Shown here: in pieces, positions 17,090 through 26,693 of the stretch
Layout of the letters: each line of letters starts with the position of its first letter
How positions within the stretch are numbered: position 1 is the first letter of the stretch
From: Myxococcota bacterium
GTDB taxonomy: Bacteria > Myxococcota > Kuafuiibacteriia > Kuafuiibacteriales > Kuafuiibacteriaceae
Assembly (NCBI GenBank): GCA_039819565.1
Contig: JBCBRU010000001.1
Coordinates: 4,098-68,097 of the forward strand
Direction of reading: 5' to 3'
Length of the DNA: 64,000 nt
Program-made: the position numbers and the translations under genes
Notes under the pieces: model-generated
The model's input: the letters and a program-made list of their open reading frames with translations, nothing else
Databases searched by the model: none
Told to the model about the DNA's origin: nothing

Positions 17090-20000
17090 GAGCGCCCCCC
17101 CAGGCGACGGAGACGCTCGCTCTTGTCGTCGAGCTCTCGTTCGAGGGCGGAGCGACGTCGTTCCGCTTCGTCGATGACCCCTTCCAGCTCCGCCACCCGC
17201 CGCTCCATACGCACCTGCGCTTGCTCGGAGGTCTGGAGCAAACGACGGAGACGCTGTCGCTCGCTTCCCACCGCCGCCAGCTCCCGTTCGAGCCTCTTCT
17301 TCTCATCGCTCGAGCCGCCCCCCCCATCCGTCGACGGGGGCCGACCTCCCGAAACCGCGAGTTCCGCCTGCAGGTCCGCCACCCGACCCTCGGAGAGCTC
17401 CAGGGCTGCTCGCAGTTTTTCCTGAGCCCCGAGCGCCGAGCGGGCCGCTTCGCGATGACGATCCACGTCCGCCCGAGTAGCTTCGAGCTCTCGCCGGGCC
17501 TGCTCGAGATGTCCACGAGCTTGCTCGAGCGCCTCGGAGTCGGCGGACGCCGGGGCGCCGCCCTCCGTCTCGACGAGGCGGCGACTCACTGTGTGCATCT
17601 CTTTACGGGCCTCGGCGAGTTCCTGCTCAACGCTCTTGATCCGCTCCTGACCTTCTTCCGCCCGGCGTTCCGCCTCGGTAGCGCGGGCGTACACCTCGCG
17701 AACCTCGAGCCGAGCCTCATCCCGTTCGAGCTCGAGTTTGCTGTAGCTTTCACGGAGTCCCTCAAGGTCGCCGCGAAGCGCTTGGAGTTCGGCTTCTCGA
17801 TGTCCAGCCGCGGACGGCTCCCGGCCCCCTCGTGCGGTCTCGAGCTCCGCTTCCAGGGCGTCGATGCGATCTCTCGCGCGCTTGACGGCCGCTTCGGTGC
17901 TTCCCAGTCCCATCGCGAAGCGATCGCGCTCGGCCGTAACTCCCGCGATGCGATCTTTGAGCTGCGTCATCTCCTTCTCCCGTTCGGAGACCTCTTGCTG
18001 CGCCTCGACGAGCTCTGACTCGGCCGCACCGCGGCGCTCCCTCTCGAGATCCACGCGACGCTCGGTGGCGGCCAGCGCTCCCGTCTTGTCCGCGGCCTCC
18101 GCTCTCGCGGTCTCGACCTCCGAAGCCACTTCCGAGAAGCGCTGCTCGAGATCGGCGATGCGAGCCCGCGCACCCTCTAGTTGCGCACGGGCAGCGGCAT
18201 CACCTCGAGCATGGGCAGCTTCTGCCTCTTGCGTGGCCTTGCGGCGAGACTCCGCCGCGCGACGACGCGCTTCGGCGAGATCGTTGGAGAGCTGGAGGGC
18301 TCGCGCCCTCTCCTCTCGGAGCGCTTCCTCCAGCCGGCGCTGCGTCTCCTCCGACGCCGTCGCCGCCTCGTTCAGGCGGACATGAAGGTCCGCAACTTCG
18401 CTCTCCAAGTCCTCGCGGCCCTCGCTGGGCCGAGGGACCTCGGCCAATCGGAGCTCGTCGTCCCTCGCCAGGAGCTCGAGTCGAGCTTCCCGTACCGCCT
18501 CTTCCTGGGCGGCAAGATCCGCCATGAGATCCAGTTCGTGGGTCTTGAGCGCGTCGATCTCCCGAGCCGACGCCTGCTCCTGGTCACGACTTCGCTGGAG
18601 CTCACCTTCCAGTTCTTCCACCGCGGCGCGAAGCTGATCCTGCTGGGCACGCTCATCCTCGACGAGACCCTCGAGTTCATCGACCTGGGCTCGCCACGCC
18701 GTATCTCGCTCCTTGGCTTCGATCAGCTCTGTTTCCAGCGTCTGAAGAGCCTGAGCGCTCGAGCCGCGCTCGGCCTCGGCCTCTCGATGATCTGCGCGGA
18801 GTCGGTCCAACTCGGCCTGCAGCCCGTCCCGGGCCGCTTCTTCCTCCTGGCGTCGAGCCTCCTCGGCATCCAGCTGCTGCCTCAGCTTTTCCACCAGCGA
18901 CCGACCGGCCGAAAGTCGATCCTCGAGGGCACGGATCGCCTCGTGGCGCTCCATATCTCGGAGCCGCAGTCGGTCCTCGGCCTGCCGAAAGCGGGCCAGG
19001 GCATGGCGCTGCGCCTCCACTCGGGCTTCGAGCTCCCGACGTTCCCGCTCCGCCATGCCGCTTCGGTCCTCGGCGGAGGCGGCTCGAAGCTCGGCCATGG
19101 CGAGCGCTTCCCAGGAGCGCTCAACCTCTTCGCGGGCGCGCACCCGCGGAAGCGCCGCGGAAGCGATCTCTCGCTGGTGGTCGCGCTCTTCCAGCTCCGC
19201 GCGAAGTGCTACGCACTCGAGGCGAGCCATCCGTGCCTCTGACTCGAGTTCGTCGAGTCGCTCCCTAAGGGCCCGCAGAGACGCAAGGGACTCGTCTCGC
19301 TCGCGCTCCGCCGCCCCGAGGCTCTCGAGCTGTGCTCTCGCGGCTGCGAGCGCGCGCGAGGCCGGCACCTGACGGGCCTCCGCGATCTCCAGATCCTGGT
19401 GAAGGTCATCGACGCGACCACGCGACCTCTCGAGCTCATACTGCAAGCCCTGTTGTCGCTGCTCGGAAGACTCGAGCGCATCTTCCAGCGCACCGTGACT
19501 GTCGATGGTGTCGACGAGAAGGGCCTCCAGGGCGCGATGACGCTCATCGCGCTCGTCGACCTCGGTCCGAAGCCGGCTCACCTCCTGGCGAGCCCGCGCG
19601 TCGCGTTCCGCGAAGCGGCTCGAGTGAGCTTCGGCTTCAGCCTTCTCGCCGAGCGCCCGACCGAGCGCGTCCTCGAGCTGGGCCCGGGTAAGTTCGAGCT
19701 GATCGAGACGCCTCTCGAGTGTCGACCTTTCGCTCCGCTCGACGTTCCAGGCCCTCGCCCAGCGCACCCATTCGGTCTCCGAGGCGTCGGCGCGGTGCTC
19801 ACGGGCGGAGCGCAGATCGACCTCGAGCCGCTCGACGTGGGTATGAGCTTCATCCCGCTCGGCGGCAAGGCTGGAGGAGGCGGTGGCGAGCGTGTCGCGC
19901 TCCTCGCGAAGGACCGCGACCCGTTCTCGGTGGCGCTCGAGCTCGTCCGCCATATGCCGAGCCGTCAACTCGAGAGCCCGTCGTTCGCCTCCCAGAGCAA

Positions 20001-22422
20001 GCTGGGCCTGGGTCAGCTTAGCGACATCCTTCTCACGATCTTGAAGGGCTCGGGACGTGCGCTCGAGCCGAGCGGATGACTCTCCCAGCTCGCTCGTGCG
20101 TTGATCGAGAACCAGCTGGAGTCGATGGGCTTCATCGACAGCCCGACTTGCCTGTACGCGCAGGCTGTCAATCTCCGCGTCGGCGCGCTGGCGCTCTTGC
20201 ACTCCGTGTTCGAAGCTCGTGCGCAACTGCTCGAGCTCCGCCACGAGCTCGGCTCGGTCGCCCTCGACCGAATGTAGAGCCCCCGCGAAGCGCTGGATCT
20301 CGGCATCCTGAACGCTCGCACGCCGAGCGAGCTCCATCTCTAGCGAGCCGATCCGATCCTGAGCCGCGCGAAGCTCCTCGCGGGCGCGCCTGAGGTCCCC
20401 TTCCGCGTCCTCGTAGCGCGCGCGCAACTCCGGGTCCTCCCGAGGTCGGCTCTCGCTGCTCACCAGCTGCGCGCGCAACTCCTCCAGCCCCTTCTCGAGC
20501 TCTCCGCGCCGGTCTTCGAGGCTGCGCTCTCGCGCTTGGGCCTCGTGAAGCGCAGCCTCGAGGGTCGCTCGATCGCGCGCATGCTCCGCCTGGCTCTGGG
20601 CGCCCTGCCGTTCCAGATCCGCACGGGCCTGGGTGAGCCTCTGGACCTCTTCCTCGGTGCCGCCCTTGACCTCTTCGAGGTCGCGCTCGAGCTCCGACAC
20701 TCGGCCTTCGAGGGCCGCTCGAATCCGACGCCCTTGCGCCGCTTGAGACTCGGACGAGCTCAGCCGTTCACGAGCCTCGTCAAGCTCGCCTCGGAGTCGA
20801 GCAAGGTCGGATTCGAGCTCCGCGACGGTTTCGTCGGCGGCCCCCGGGCCTGGGCCCACGGAGCGCAACTTATCCTGCAGCTCTCCACGGGCGAGCTCGA
20901 GCATCTGAAGTCGAGTGGTCTTTTCGGCTACTTCGAGCTCGAGCTCCCGCAACTTCACCGTCCGACGGGCCTCAGCCTCGCGATCGCGATCTTCGCTGCG
21001 TCTCTCCCTTTCGCTGAGCGCGGTCTCGAGATTGCGCACCTGTGCTCGCAACCCCTCAGTCGTTTGCGCATGACGGGCCGCTTGCGCATCGAGACGTAGG
21101 GTACGCTCGGCAAGCTCCGCCTCCAGAGCGCGAACCTTGTCCTCGAGGGTCACGCCGGACCTCGGGTCAGTGCCTCGACCTCGAAGGCGTGCGACCTCTT
21201 GCTGAAGCTCTCGAATGGCGCTCTGACGAGCATCAAGAAGCGCCGTCAATCGCTCCGTGGCAGCATCGGACGACTCTGGAGAGGGCTCGGCCGGCCCCTT
21301 CAGTCGTGCCTCCGCGGCCGCTCGGGCCTCTCGCTCCGAGGCGAGGGTAGCCTCGATCTCGCGGCGCGCCGTACGCTCGTCGGCGAGCTGCGATTCGACC
21401 TCGGAACGCGCTCGCAGCTCCGACTCCAGCCGCTCCTCGACCTCTCGCGAGGGCTCGATGCGACCCTCGAGCGTCTCCACCTCCACCGGCTCCGGGGTGG
21501 GAAGCGGGGCCGCCTCCACCACCGCCGGAGAGAGAAGGCGGGTCTCGGGAGGGTTCGCCGGTTCGAGATGGGACTCGACGGCGGCTCGGAGCCGCGGCAG
21601 GCGAGCCCCAAGCATCCGCAAGCTCGCCTCCTGCGCGCCGAGCGTGGCCCGAGCATCTCGGAGGGCGTCGGCCAGCCGCTTGAGCGTGGACGCGTCCGCC
21701 GTGCGTCGACCCTCCTGAAACCGCTCTACCTCCGTCCAGGGCACTTCGACGAGCTGGGGTCGATCCAGCAGACGGGCGGGCCCGACCACCACCAAGACCG
21801 AGCTCGGCGAAGCCTCCGCGTCGATTCCGTTGGGTCTGAGACCCTGCGAACCTGCGGGGCGAATCGTGAATCCCACGAATGGGGTCTGATGGTAGAAGGC
21901 CGCGCTCGGGAATCGCGCCCGAATGGCTCGAGTGACCCGCTCGGCGTCGGTTTCCGAGCCGAGGCGGCCTTCGAGGCGGGCGAGAAGACCAGGTCCCGAA
22001 GCTCGGTATCCGAGGACGAAGAGGCCGCCCGCCGCGACGACCCGGCGCGCCTCGCGCAGGAAGGGGTCGGCTCCGAGGGCGGCGACCGACGGCCCGAGAT
22101 CGGGGACGAGCAAAACGTCAAAGGCGTCGTCGGGAAAGTCGAGGCGCCCCGGGGGCGCCGTCACCCGCTGGACGGCGTCGGAATGGGGCCCCCCTTGGGC
22201 CTCGGTTTGCACCGAGACCACCGAGCGCGCGCCGGCCTCGACCAAGCGAACCGCGCTGGAGGGGTCTGGAGCCCCGACTTCCAGGACCCTGCGCCCCTCC
22301 ACCAAAGGAAGAACCAGGGCGTAGCTGGCCCAGGCTTCGGCGCCGTCGAGCCTCGACGAAGCCCCCGGACTCGAGGCCCGGCTATCGCTCGATCGACTGG
22401 AAACCATCGACTTCGCTCCCAA
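17086..22422 (-). CDS. giant coiled-coil protein (1778 aa) with N-terminal class-I methyltransferase-like domain
   Basis: N-terminal ~230 aa have a Rossmann-MTase-like pattern (RRVLEVGAPDPSSAVRLVEAGARSVVSV, DDAFDVLLVPDL, GGLFVLGY). The remainder is a continuous E/R/A/L-rich heptad-type sequence. The long plus-strand ORFs here are antisense shadows. Confidence 0.85.
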   Translation of the reverse strand: MGAKSMVSSRSSDSRASSPGASSRLDGAEAWASYALVLPLVEGRRVLEVGAPDPSSAVRLVEAGARSVVSVQTEAQGGPHSDAVQRVTAPPGRLDFPDDAFDVLLVPDLGPSVAALGADPFLREARRVVAAGGLFVLGYRASGPGLLARLEGRLGSETDAERVTRAIRARFPSAAFYHQTPFVGFTIRPAGSQGLRPNGIDAEASPSSVLVVVGPARLLDRPQLVEVPWTEVERFQEGRRTADASTLKRLADALRDARATLGAQEASLRMLGARLPRLRAAVESHLEPANPPETRLLSPAVVEAAPLPTPEPVEVETLEGRIEPSREVEERLESELRARSEVESQLADERTARREIEATLASEREARAAAEARLKGPAEPSPESSDAATERLTALLDARQSAIRELQQEVARLRGRGTDPRSGVTLEDKVRALEAELAERTLRLDAQAARHAQTTEGLRAQVRNLETALSERERRSEDRDREAEARRTVKLRELELEVAEKTTRLQMLELARGELQDKLRSVGPGPGAADETVAELESDLARLRGELDEARERLSSSESQAAQGRRIRAALEGRVSELERDLEEVKGGTEEEVQRLTQARADLERQGAQSQAEHARDRATLEAALHEAQARERSLEDRRGELEKGLEELRAQLVSSESRPREDPELRARYEDAEGDLRRAREELRAAQDRIGSLEMELARRASVQDAEIQRFAGALHSVEGDRAELVAELEQLRTSFEHGVQERQRADAEIDSLRVQASRAVDEAHRLQLVLDQRTSELGESSARLERTSRALQDREKDVAKLTQAQLALGGERRALELTARHMADELERHRERVAVLREERDTLATASSSLAAERDEAHTHVERLEVDLRSAREHRADASETEWVRWARAWNVERSERSTLERRLDQLELTRAQLEDALGRALGEKAEAEAHSSRFAERDARARQEVSRLRTEVDERDERHRALEALLVDTIDSHGALEDALESSEQRQQGLQYELERSRGRVDDLHQDLEIAEARQVPASRALAAARAQLESLGAAERERDESLASLRALRERLDELESEARMARLECVALRAELEERDHQREIASAALPRVRAREEVERSWEALAMAELRAASAEDRSGMAERERRELEARVEAQRHALARFRQAEDRLRLRDMERHEAIRALEDRLSAGRSLVEKLRQQLDAEEARRQEEEAARDGLQAELDRLRADHREAEAERGSSAQALQTLETELIEAKERDTAWRAQVDELEGLVEDERAQQDQLRAAVEELEGELQRSRDQEQASAREIDALKTHELDLMADLAAQEEAVREARLELLARDDELRLAEVPRPSEGREDLESEVADLHVRLNEAATASEETQRRLEEALREERARALQLSNDLAEARRRAAESRRKATQEAEAAHARGDAAARAQLEGARARIADLEQRFSEVASEVETARAEAADKTGALAATERRVDLERERRGAAESELVEAQQEVSEREKEMTQLKDRIAGVTAERDRFAMGLGSTEAAVKRARDRIDALEAELETARGGREPSAAGHREAELQALRGDLEGLRESYSKLELERDEARLEVREVYARATEAERRAEEGQERIKSVEQELAEARKEMHTVSRRLVETEGGAPASADSEALEQARGHLEQARRELEATRADVDRHREAARSALGAQEKLRAALELSEGRVADLQAELAVSGGRPPSTDGGGGSSDEKKRLERELAAVGSERQRLRRLLQTSEQAQVRMERRVAELEGVIDEAERRRSALERELDDKSERLRRLGGRS

Positions 22423-22510
22423 GACTCTTTTTTCACGGTCCTAAAGCATTGGGAAGAAACCTCGCGGTCGCCGCCCACCGAAATCGCCGGCAGGTGGCGC
22501 GCGGACCGCC

Positions 22511-23803
22511 TCAGTTCGCCGTGGTTTCGAGTCCGAGTTTCGCGGCGTAGCGGCGCGCCAAACGGGTTTGACGGCTGTCTAGGGGCTGCTCCCGTCCCCG
22601 CACGAACACGCGTTCCGCCCAGCTCCCGGGCTCGAAGGGATCTCCGGTCCAAACGACGAGGTTGGCCCGTTTGCCCCGTTCGAGACTCCCCATTCGGTCA
22701 TCAAAGCCGAAGACTCGGGCCGGGGTCAGCGTGATGGCCTCGAGCGCGAGCTCTGCGGGAAAGCCAGCTCGCACCGCATTTCCGGCCGCGAAGCGCAGGT
22801 TTCCTGCGTTGTGGTTGGAGCGGGCGGCAAGAACGACAGGAACCCCGGCCCGAGCCAGCAGGGCTCCATTGTCCGCCCTTGCGTTTCGCCTTTCGAAGCT
22901 CGAAGGAAGATTTGCGAAAGGATCGACCACGACCGGAATCTTCTCCTCGGCCAAAAAGTCGGCCACCATCCAACCCTCGGAGGCCCCCAGGAGGACGAGA
23001 TCGAGGCGGTACTCGTTCGCGAGTTGAACGACCGCGCGGACATCCGCAGCTCGATGGACCTCGATGACGGCCGGCATCCTTCCTTGCAAGACCGGTACGG
23101 CGGCCGCGAGATCGAGCCTCCCGGCGGACATCGAATATAGCCCTCTTCGTCGATACAGCGCCTCACTTGTCCGGTAGGTACGTACATCGTCGAGAAACTC
23201 CTCGAAGCGATGCATCGCGGACAGGCGGCTGCCGCCGACGGCGGCCGCGCCCTTTTCGCCGAGACGCACACAAAGGGCCACCAAACCCTCAAACGAGGTC
23301 GGCGCCGCCGGATCCCGGCCGTCGAGAAGGTCGAAGAAACCGGCCCGGCCGCTCACGAGCCCCCCTTCCGGGGCGCTGATCACCGAAGTCACGCCGTGAC
23401 GTCGCGCGACGCCCACGAGCGTCGAGTCGAGGTCGAAGGCCCGGTCCGCCCGCACCGCAGCGCGAATGGGATGGTCGACCTCAGGCCGAGCATCATTACT
23501 TTGGGGCTCGAGCCCAACTTCCAGGAGTCCCAGCTGGGTATCCGCGGCAATGAGCCCCGGCGTGATGATTCGGCCCGACACATCGATCGTGCGCGCATCC
23601 CCCGGAACCGCGACGTCCACTCCCAGCTCCGCAATCCGCCCGTCCCGAATGAGGACGGTGCCCTTCTCGATGGGAGGCTGAGAAACAGGCACCACACGAG
23701 CGCCTACGAGGGCGACATCACCTGGAGCGGCCAGAGCCGGGTTCGAGGTCGACAGGAGGAGCCCGGTGATCGCCACAGCGGCCTTGGTCTTCGAAACTTT
23801 CAC
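22511..23803 (-). CDS. secreted amidohydrolase-superfamily protein (HxH metal motif not conserved)
   Basis: Signal peptide MKVSKTKAAVAITGLLLSTSNPALA. Amidohydrolase-like VVPVSQPPIEKGTVLIRDGRIAELG...GRIITPGLIAADTQLG and C-terminal GSLERGKRANLVVW. Confidence 0.8.
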   Translation of the reverse strand: MKVSKTKAAVAITGLLLSTSNPALAAPGDVALVGARVVPVSQPPIEKGTVLIRDGRIAELGVDVAVPGDARTIDVSGRIITPGLIAADTQLGLLEVGLEPQSNDARPEVDHPIRAAVRADRAFDLDSTLVGVARRHGVTSVISAPEGGLVSGRAGFFDLLDGRDPAAPTSFEGLVALCVRLGEKGAAAVGGSRLSAMHRFEEFLDDVRTYRTSEALYRRRGLYSMSAGRLDLAAAVPVLQGRMPAVIEVHRAADVRAVVQLANEYRLDLVLLGASEGWMVADFLAEEKIPVVVDPFANLPSSFERRNARADNGALLARAGVPVVLAARSNHNAGNLRFAAGNAVRAGFPAELALEAITLTPARVFGFDDRMGSLERGKRANLVVWTGDPFEPGSWAERVFVRGREQPLDSRQTRLARRYAAKLGLETTAN

Positions 23804-25308
23804 TGGAGGACCTCCACCGAAGTACCGACGTCGAAGTCGCTCTTCGTTTCGCGGGGCTTGGAGCGGTCATGAACCACCACCCCGTCGACCATGACCACGT
23901 CCGCTCGGGCGTAGATCGATAGAGGGAGACGGTCCCAGATAACGATGTCCGCCATCTTGCCCTCCTCGAGGGTACCCGTTCGGTCATCGATACCCAGAGC
24001 CACCGCCGGATTACGGGTCATCCAGGTGATCGCCTGATCCTCAGTGACGTTTAGCCCGAGACGACGACCTGCATGCAGCGCTTTCGCCGCGTCCTGATTG
24101 AGACGCTGAACGCCGATAGGACTGTCGGAGTGAATGATGGGTTGCCCGCCGGCAACTTGAATCAGGGCGGCGTTCTCCTCTACTGCGTCGTAAGCCTCGA
24201 GCTTGAAGCCCCACCAGTCCGACCAGATAGATGCCGAAACCCCTCGCGCCGCGAGAACATCCGCTATCTTGTAAGCTTCGGTTGCGTGATGAAAAGAGGC
24301 CACGGTGTATCCGAGCTCATCAGCCAGGGCCAGCATGAGAAGCATCTCGTCTGCCCTATAGCAGTGAATATGAACCCTAATCTCCCCCGCCATGACCGCG
24401 GCGAGAGTCTCAGCCCCAAGATCCCGCGGCGGGGCGACGGGCTCATCGCCCGGGCCATCGGCCGCGGGGTCGGCCTTGGCCCTTTCGAGCCTCTGAGCCC
24501 AGGCCACCCGTTTCTGTTCATACCGGCGGACCTTGTCGGCGTAGGCCTTAGCCTGCAGGAAAGCTTGCCGAAGCTTGTAGGCACTGCCCATCCTGGACAT
24601 CGGTTGCCGGCCTTTCGAGCCGTACACTCGCTTCGGATTCTCTCCGCAGGCCATCTTCAGGCCAAAAGGGGCGCCCGGAAAGCGCATCGCCCGGGCCTCT
24701 CGCCGGGGACGCAGCTTTAGGACCGTGGACCGTCCACCGATGACATTCCCGCTTCCCGGGAGGATCTGGACGGTGGTCACTCCACCCGCAATCGCGTCGT
24801 CCAGAGCAGGGTCCTGCGGCCAAAATGCGTGCTCGGCGAACACGTAGGCCGTCGTGGGATCTGTCATCTCGTTGCCGTCCGCGTGAGCAGCCACGCCCGG
24901 CGAGGCGTACACCCCCATGTGAGAGTGGGTATCGATGAGCCCCGGCGTGACGAAACGCCCCTGTGCATCGACGACCCGCGCCCCCTCGGGCACCTCGACC
25001 TCTGCCCGAGCCCCTACCGCCGCGATCAAGCCGTCGCGGAGCACAAGCGTTCCGTCGGGGATGCGTTTGCCCGTCCCCAGCAAAAGGGTCCCGCCCACCA
25101 CTGCCGTGACCCCGGGGGCGACCGGCGCGGCCCCCAGGACGGCCTTCTCCTCCACTTGCGGCGCGGGGTGACCGATGGCCTCCGGGATCATCCGCGGCCC
25201 TTCCTTCGCCGTCGCCCGACCCGTCGCGCAGCTAAACGAAGACGCAGCCGCAATACAGACTGCGAGCTGGACAACTCCTCGACTCCGGCGAGCCACGGGA
25301 AGCTTCAT
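23800..25308 (-). CDS. amidohydrolase-superfamily lipoprotein (imidazolonepropionase/prolidase-like)
   Basis: Lipobox AAASSFSC; FVTPGLIDTHSHMG (HxH); C-terminal GTLEEGKMADIVIWD. 4-nt overlap with the downstream paralog. Confidence 0.88.
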   Translation of the reverse strand: MKLPVARRSRGVVQLAVCIAAASSFSCATGRATAKEGPRMIPEAIGHPAPQVEEKAVLGAAPVAPGVTAVVGGTLLLGTGKRIPDGTLVLRDGLIAAVGARAEVEVPEGARVVDAQGRFVTPGLIDTHSHMGVYASPGVAAHADGNEMTDPTTAYVFAEHAFWPQDPALDDAIAGGVTTVQILPGSGNVIGGRSTVLKLRPRREARAMRFPGAPFGLKMACGENPKRVYGSKGRQPMSRMGSAYKLRQAFLQAKAYADKVRRYEQKRVAWAQRLERAKADPAADGPGDEPVAPPRDLGAETLAAVMAGEIRVHIHCYRADEMLLMLALADELGYTVASFHHATEAYKIADVLAARGVSASIWSDWWGFKLEAYDAVEENAALIQVAGGQPIIHSDSPIGVQRLNQDAAKALHAGRRLGLNVTEDQAITWMTRNPAVALGIDDRTGTLEEGKMADIVIWDRLPLSIYARADVVMVDGVVVHDRSKPRETKSDFDVGTSVEVLQ

Positions 25309-25430
25309 GTCGAATCAACGCTATCTGACGCCGCGCTGGGCGACCAGCCCAGAGGTTGGCGCGCCGAAGCACATCTTGCAGCAGTATCGAGAGGGACATA
25401 GCGTAGCTCGCGTCCCCGAGGGTCATCACC

Positions 25431-26681
25431 ATGCAACGTCACCACACTGAGCGTCCATCCCGCCCCCAGGGCCTGCCGAGAGCTGCAACCTGCGTGGGAC
25501 TCGTACTTTTCGCCCTCGCCTGTGGCGACGACGGTAGCGAGCCCGTCGACTTAGGGAGCAGTCCCCTCGACGCCGGCACCTCGCTCGACCTCGGGACCGC
25601 GGCCGACGCCGGGGCTCCGGATTTCGGGAACTCCGCGGATGCCGGCGCGGCCGACGCGTCAGCTCCCTTCGATGCCGGCTACTACTGCACGATGAACGGG
25701 GAAACCGAGGTCGACGGCCAGCCCGTACCCGTGCCTGAGGCCTCCGAGGCCCCGAGGGCCGGAGACAACCCGGCTCTCGTCTCGTGTATCGACCGTCAGG
25801 TCGAACCCTTCTCCAACCGCCGAGCGGTGTGCTTCACCCAGTGCGCCGAGTTTTTTGGACTCGCTCCTACACCCGAGCAGGTTCGCGAGCTCGAGATTGC
25901 CGTCTTCACTTCCACCGACCTCGACGGGGCTCGAGTCGATCCGAGCTATGATTTCGTCACGCGGCGCGAGCGAAGCCCGACCGCGGTGCTCGGCGTGGGC
26001 TCCCGCGTCGTCGCTACCCAGGCTCCCCAGTGCGAGAGCGGTTATCAGGTCGAGGTGGGTTTCCTGAACCTCGGCAGCGAAATGACGACCGAGACGGAAT
26101 ACGTCCTTCGGATCCGAAGTCGGGCGCTCACCAATCCGACGTGGGCCACCACCTACGTTTGGGACTTCGTCCGGAGACTGGACGAGGCCAACCAAATCGG
26201 GGCGGTGTGCAGCAACGACGAAACCCGAATTCCCGAGCGCGGCACGGCCTTCCCCATCGTTTCGGCCGCGGTGCTCAGCCAAGCGGTCCAGGCGACCTCG
26301 GCCAACGTCGTCGGAGCGGAGGACCTCTTCGACGGACAAGGTCATGGCTACGCCTACGTCGAGACGCGAGATTGCTCCTCTTCCGGAGCCTTGGCGTCCA
26401 ACCTGACGGTTGGACTCGCACCAGCCCCCGTGCTCGGAAGCTACGTTCTGGACACCGGCGCGCTCGATACCACCGCTACCGATACGACCGGCCGGGGTCT
26501 GTACCTGGCCCTCGGCGTGGGCTCCACAACGAGCACCACCGGCTCCGAGGTTCGAGCCGCCGTCGGTATCAACCGAGAGGGGGCCTGCACGGAGGGCTTC
26601 GGCGGCCAGACCTTCTCGGTCTTTCCGGACTCCGTCACCTTCGTGCGAACCGGACGCGAGACCACGATTCAGACGCGCTGA
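25431..26681 (+). CDS. hypothetical lipoprotein
   Basis: Lipobox LVLFALACGDDG followed by a D/A/G-rich linker (DAGTSLDLGTAADAGAPDFGNSADAGAADASAPFDAG), then a Cys-containing globular region. Confidence 0.6.
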   Translation: MQRHHTERPSRPQGLPRAATCVGLVLFALACGDDGSEPVDLGSSPLDAGTSLDLGTAADAGAPDFGNSADAGAADASAPFDAGYYCTMNGETEVDGQPVPVPEASEAPRAGDNPALVSCIDRQVEPFSNRRAVCFTQCAEFFGLAPTPEQVRELEIAVFTSTDLDGARVDPSYDFVTRRERSPTAVLGVGSRVVATQAPQCESGYQVEVGFLNLGSEMTTETEYVLRIRSRALTNPTWATTYVWDFVRRLDEANQIGAVCSNDETRIPERGTAFPIVSAAVLSQAVQATSANVVGAEDLFDGQGHGYAYVETRDCSSSGALASNLTVGLAPAPVLGSYVLDTGALDTTATDTTGRGLYLALGVGSTTSTTGSEVRAAVGINREGACTEGFGGQTFSVFPDSVTFVRTGRETTIQTR

Positions 26682-26693
26682 GCCCCTCGGCGC

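Noticed and set aside
17095-17101. C7 (G7 on the coding strand) homopolymer near the end of the giant gene as a phase-variation or frameshift site
   Set aside because: A 7-nt G/C run is unremarkable at this GC content. It encodes the Gly-Gly codons and doubles as a purine-rich Shine-Dalgarno sequence for the overlapping JAMM start. There is no alternative extended frame of interest.
17221-22734. Series of long plus-strand ORFs (17221..18018, 18181..19242, 19399..20079, 20536..21099, 21199..22734; up to 511 aa) opposite the giant coiled-coil gene
   Set aside because: They are antisense shadows of a GAG/CGC/CTC/GCC-rich coding strand. The translations are R/G/S/P/L-rich with no motifs and are broken into pieces, whereas the minus strand is one continuous 1778-aa frame.
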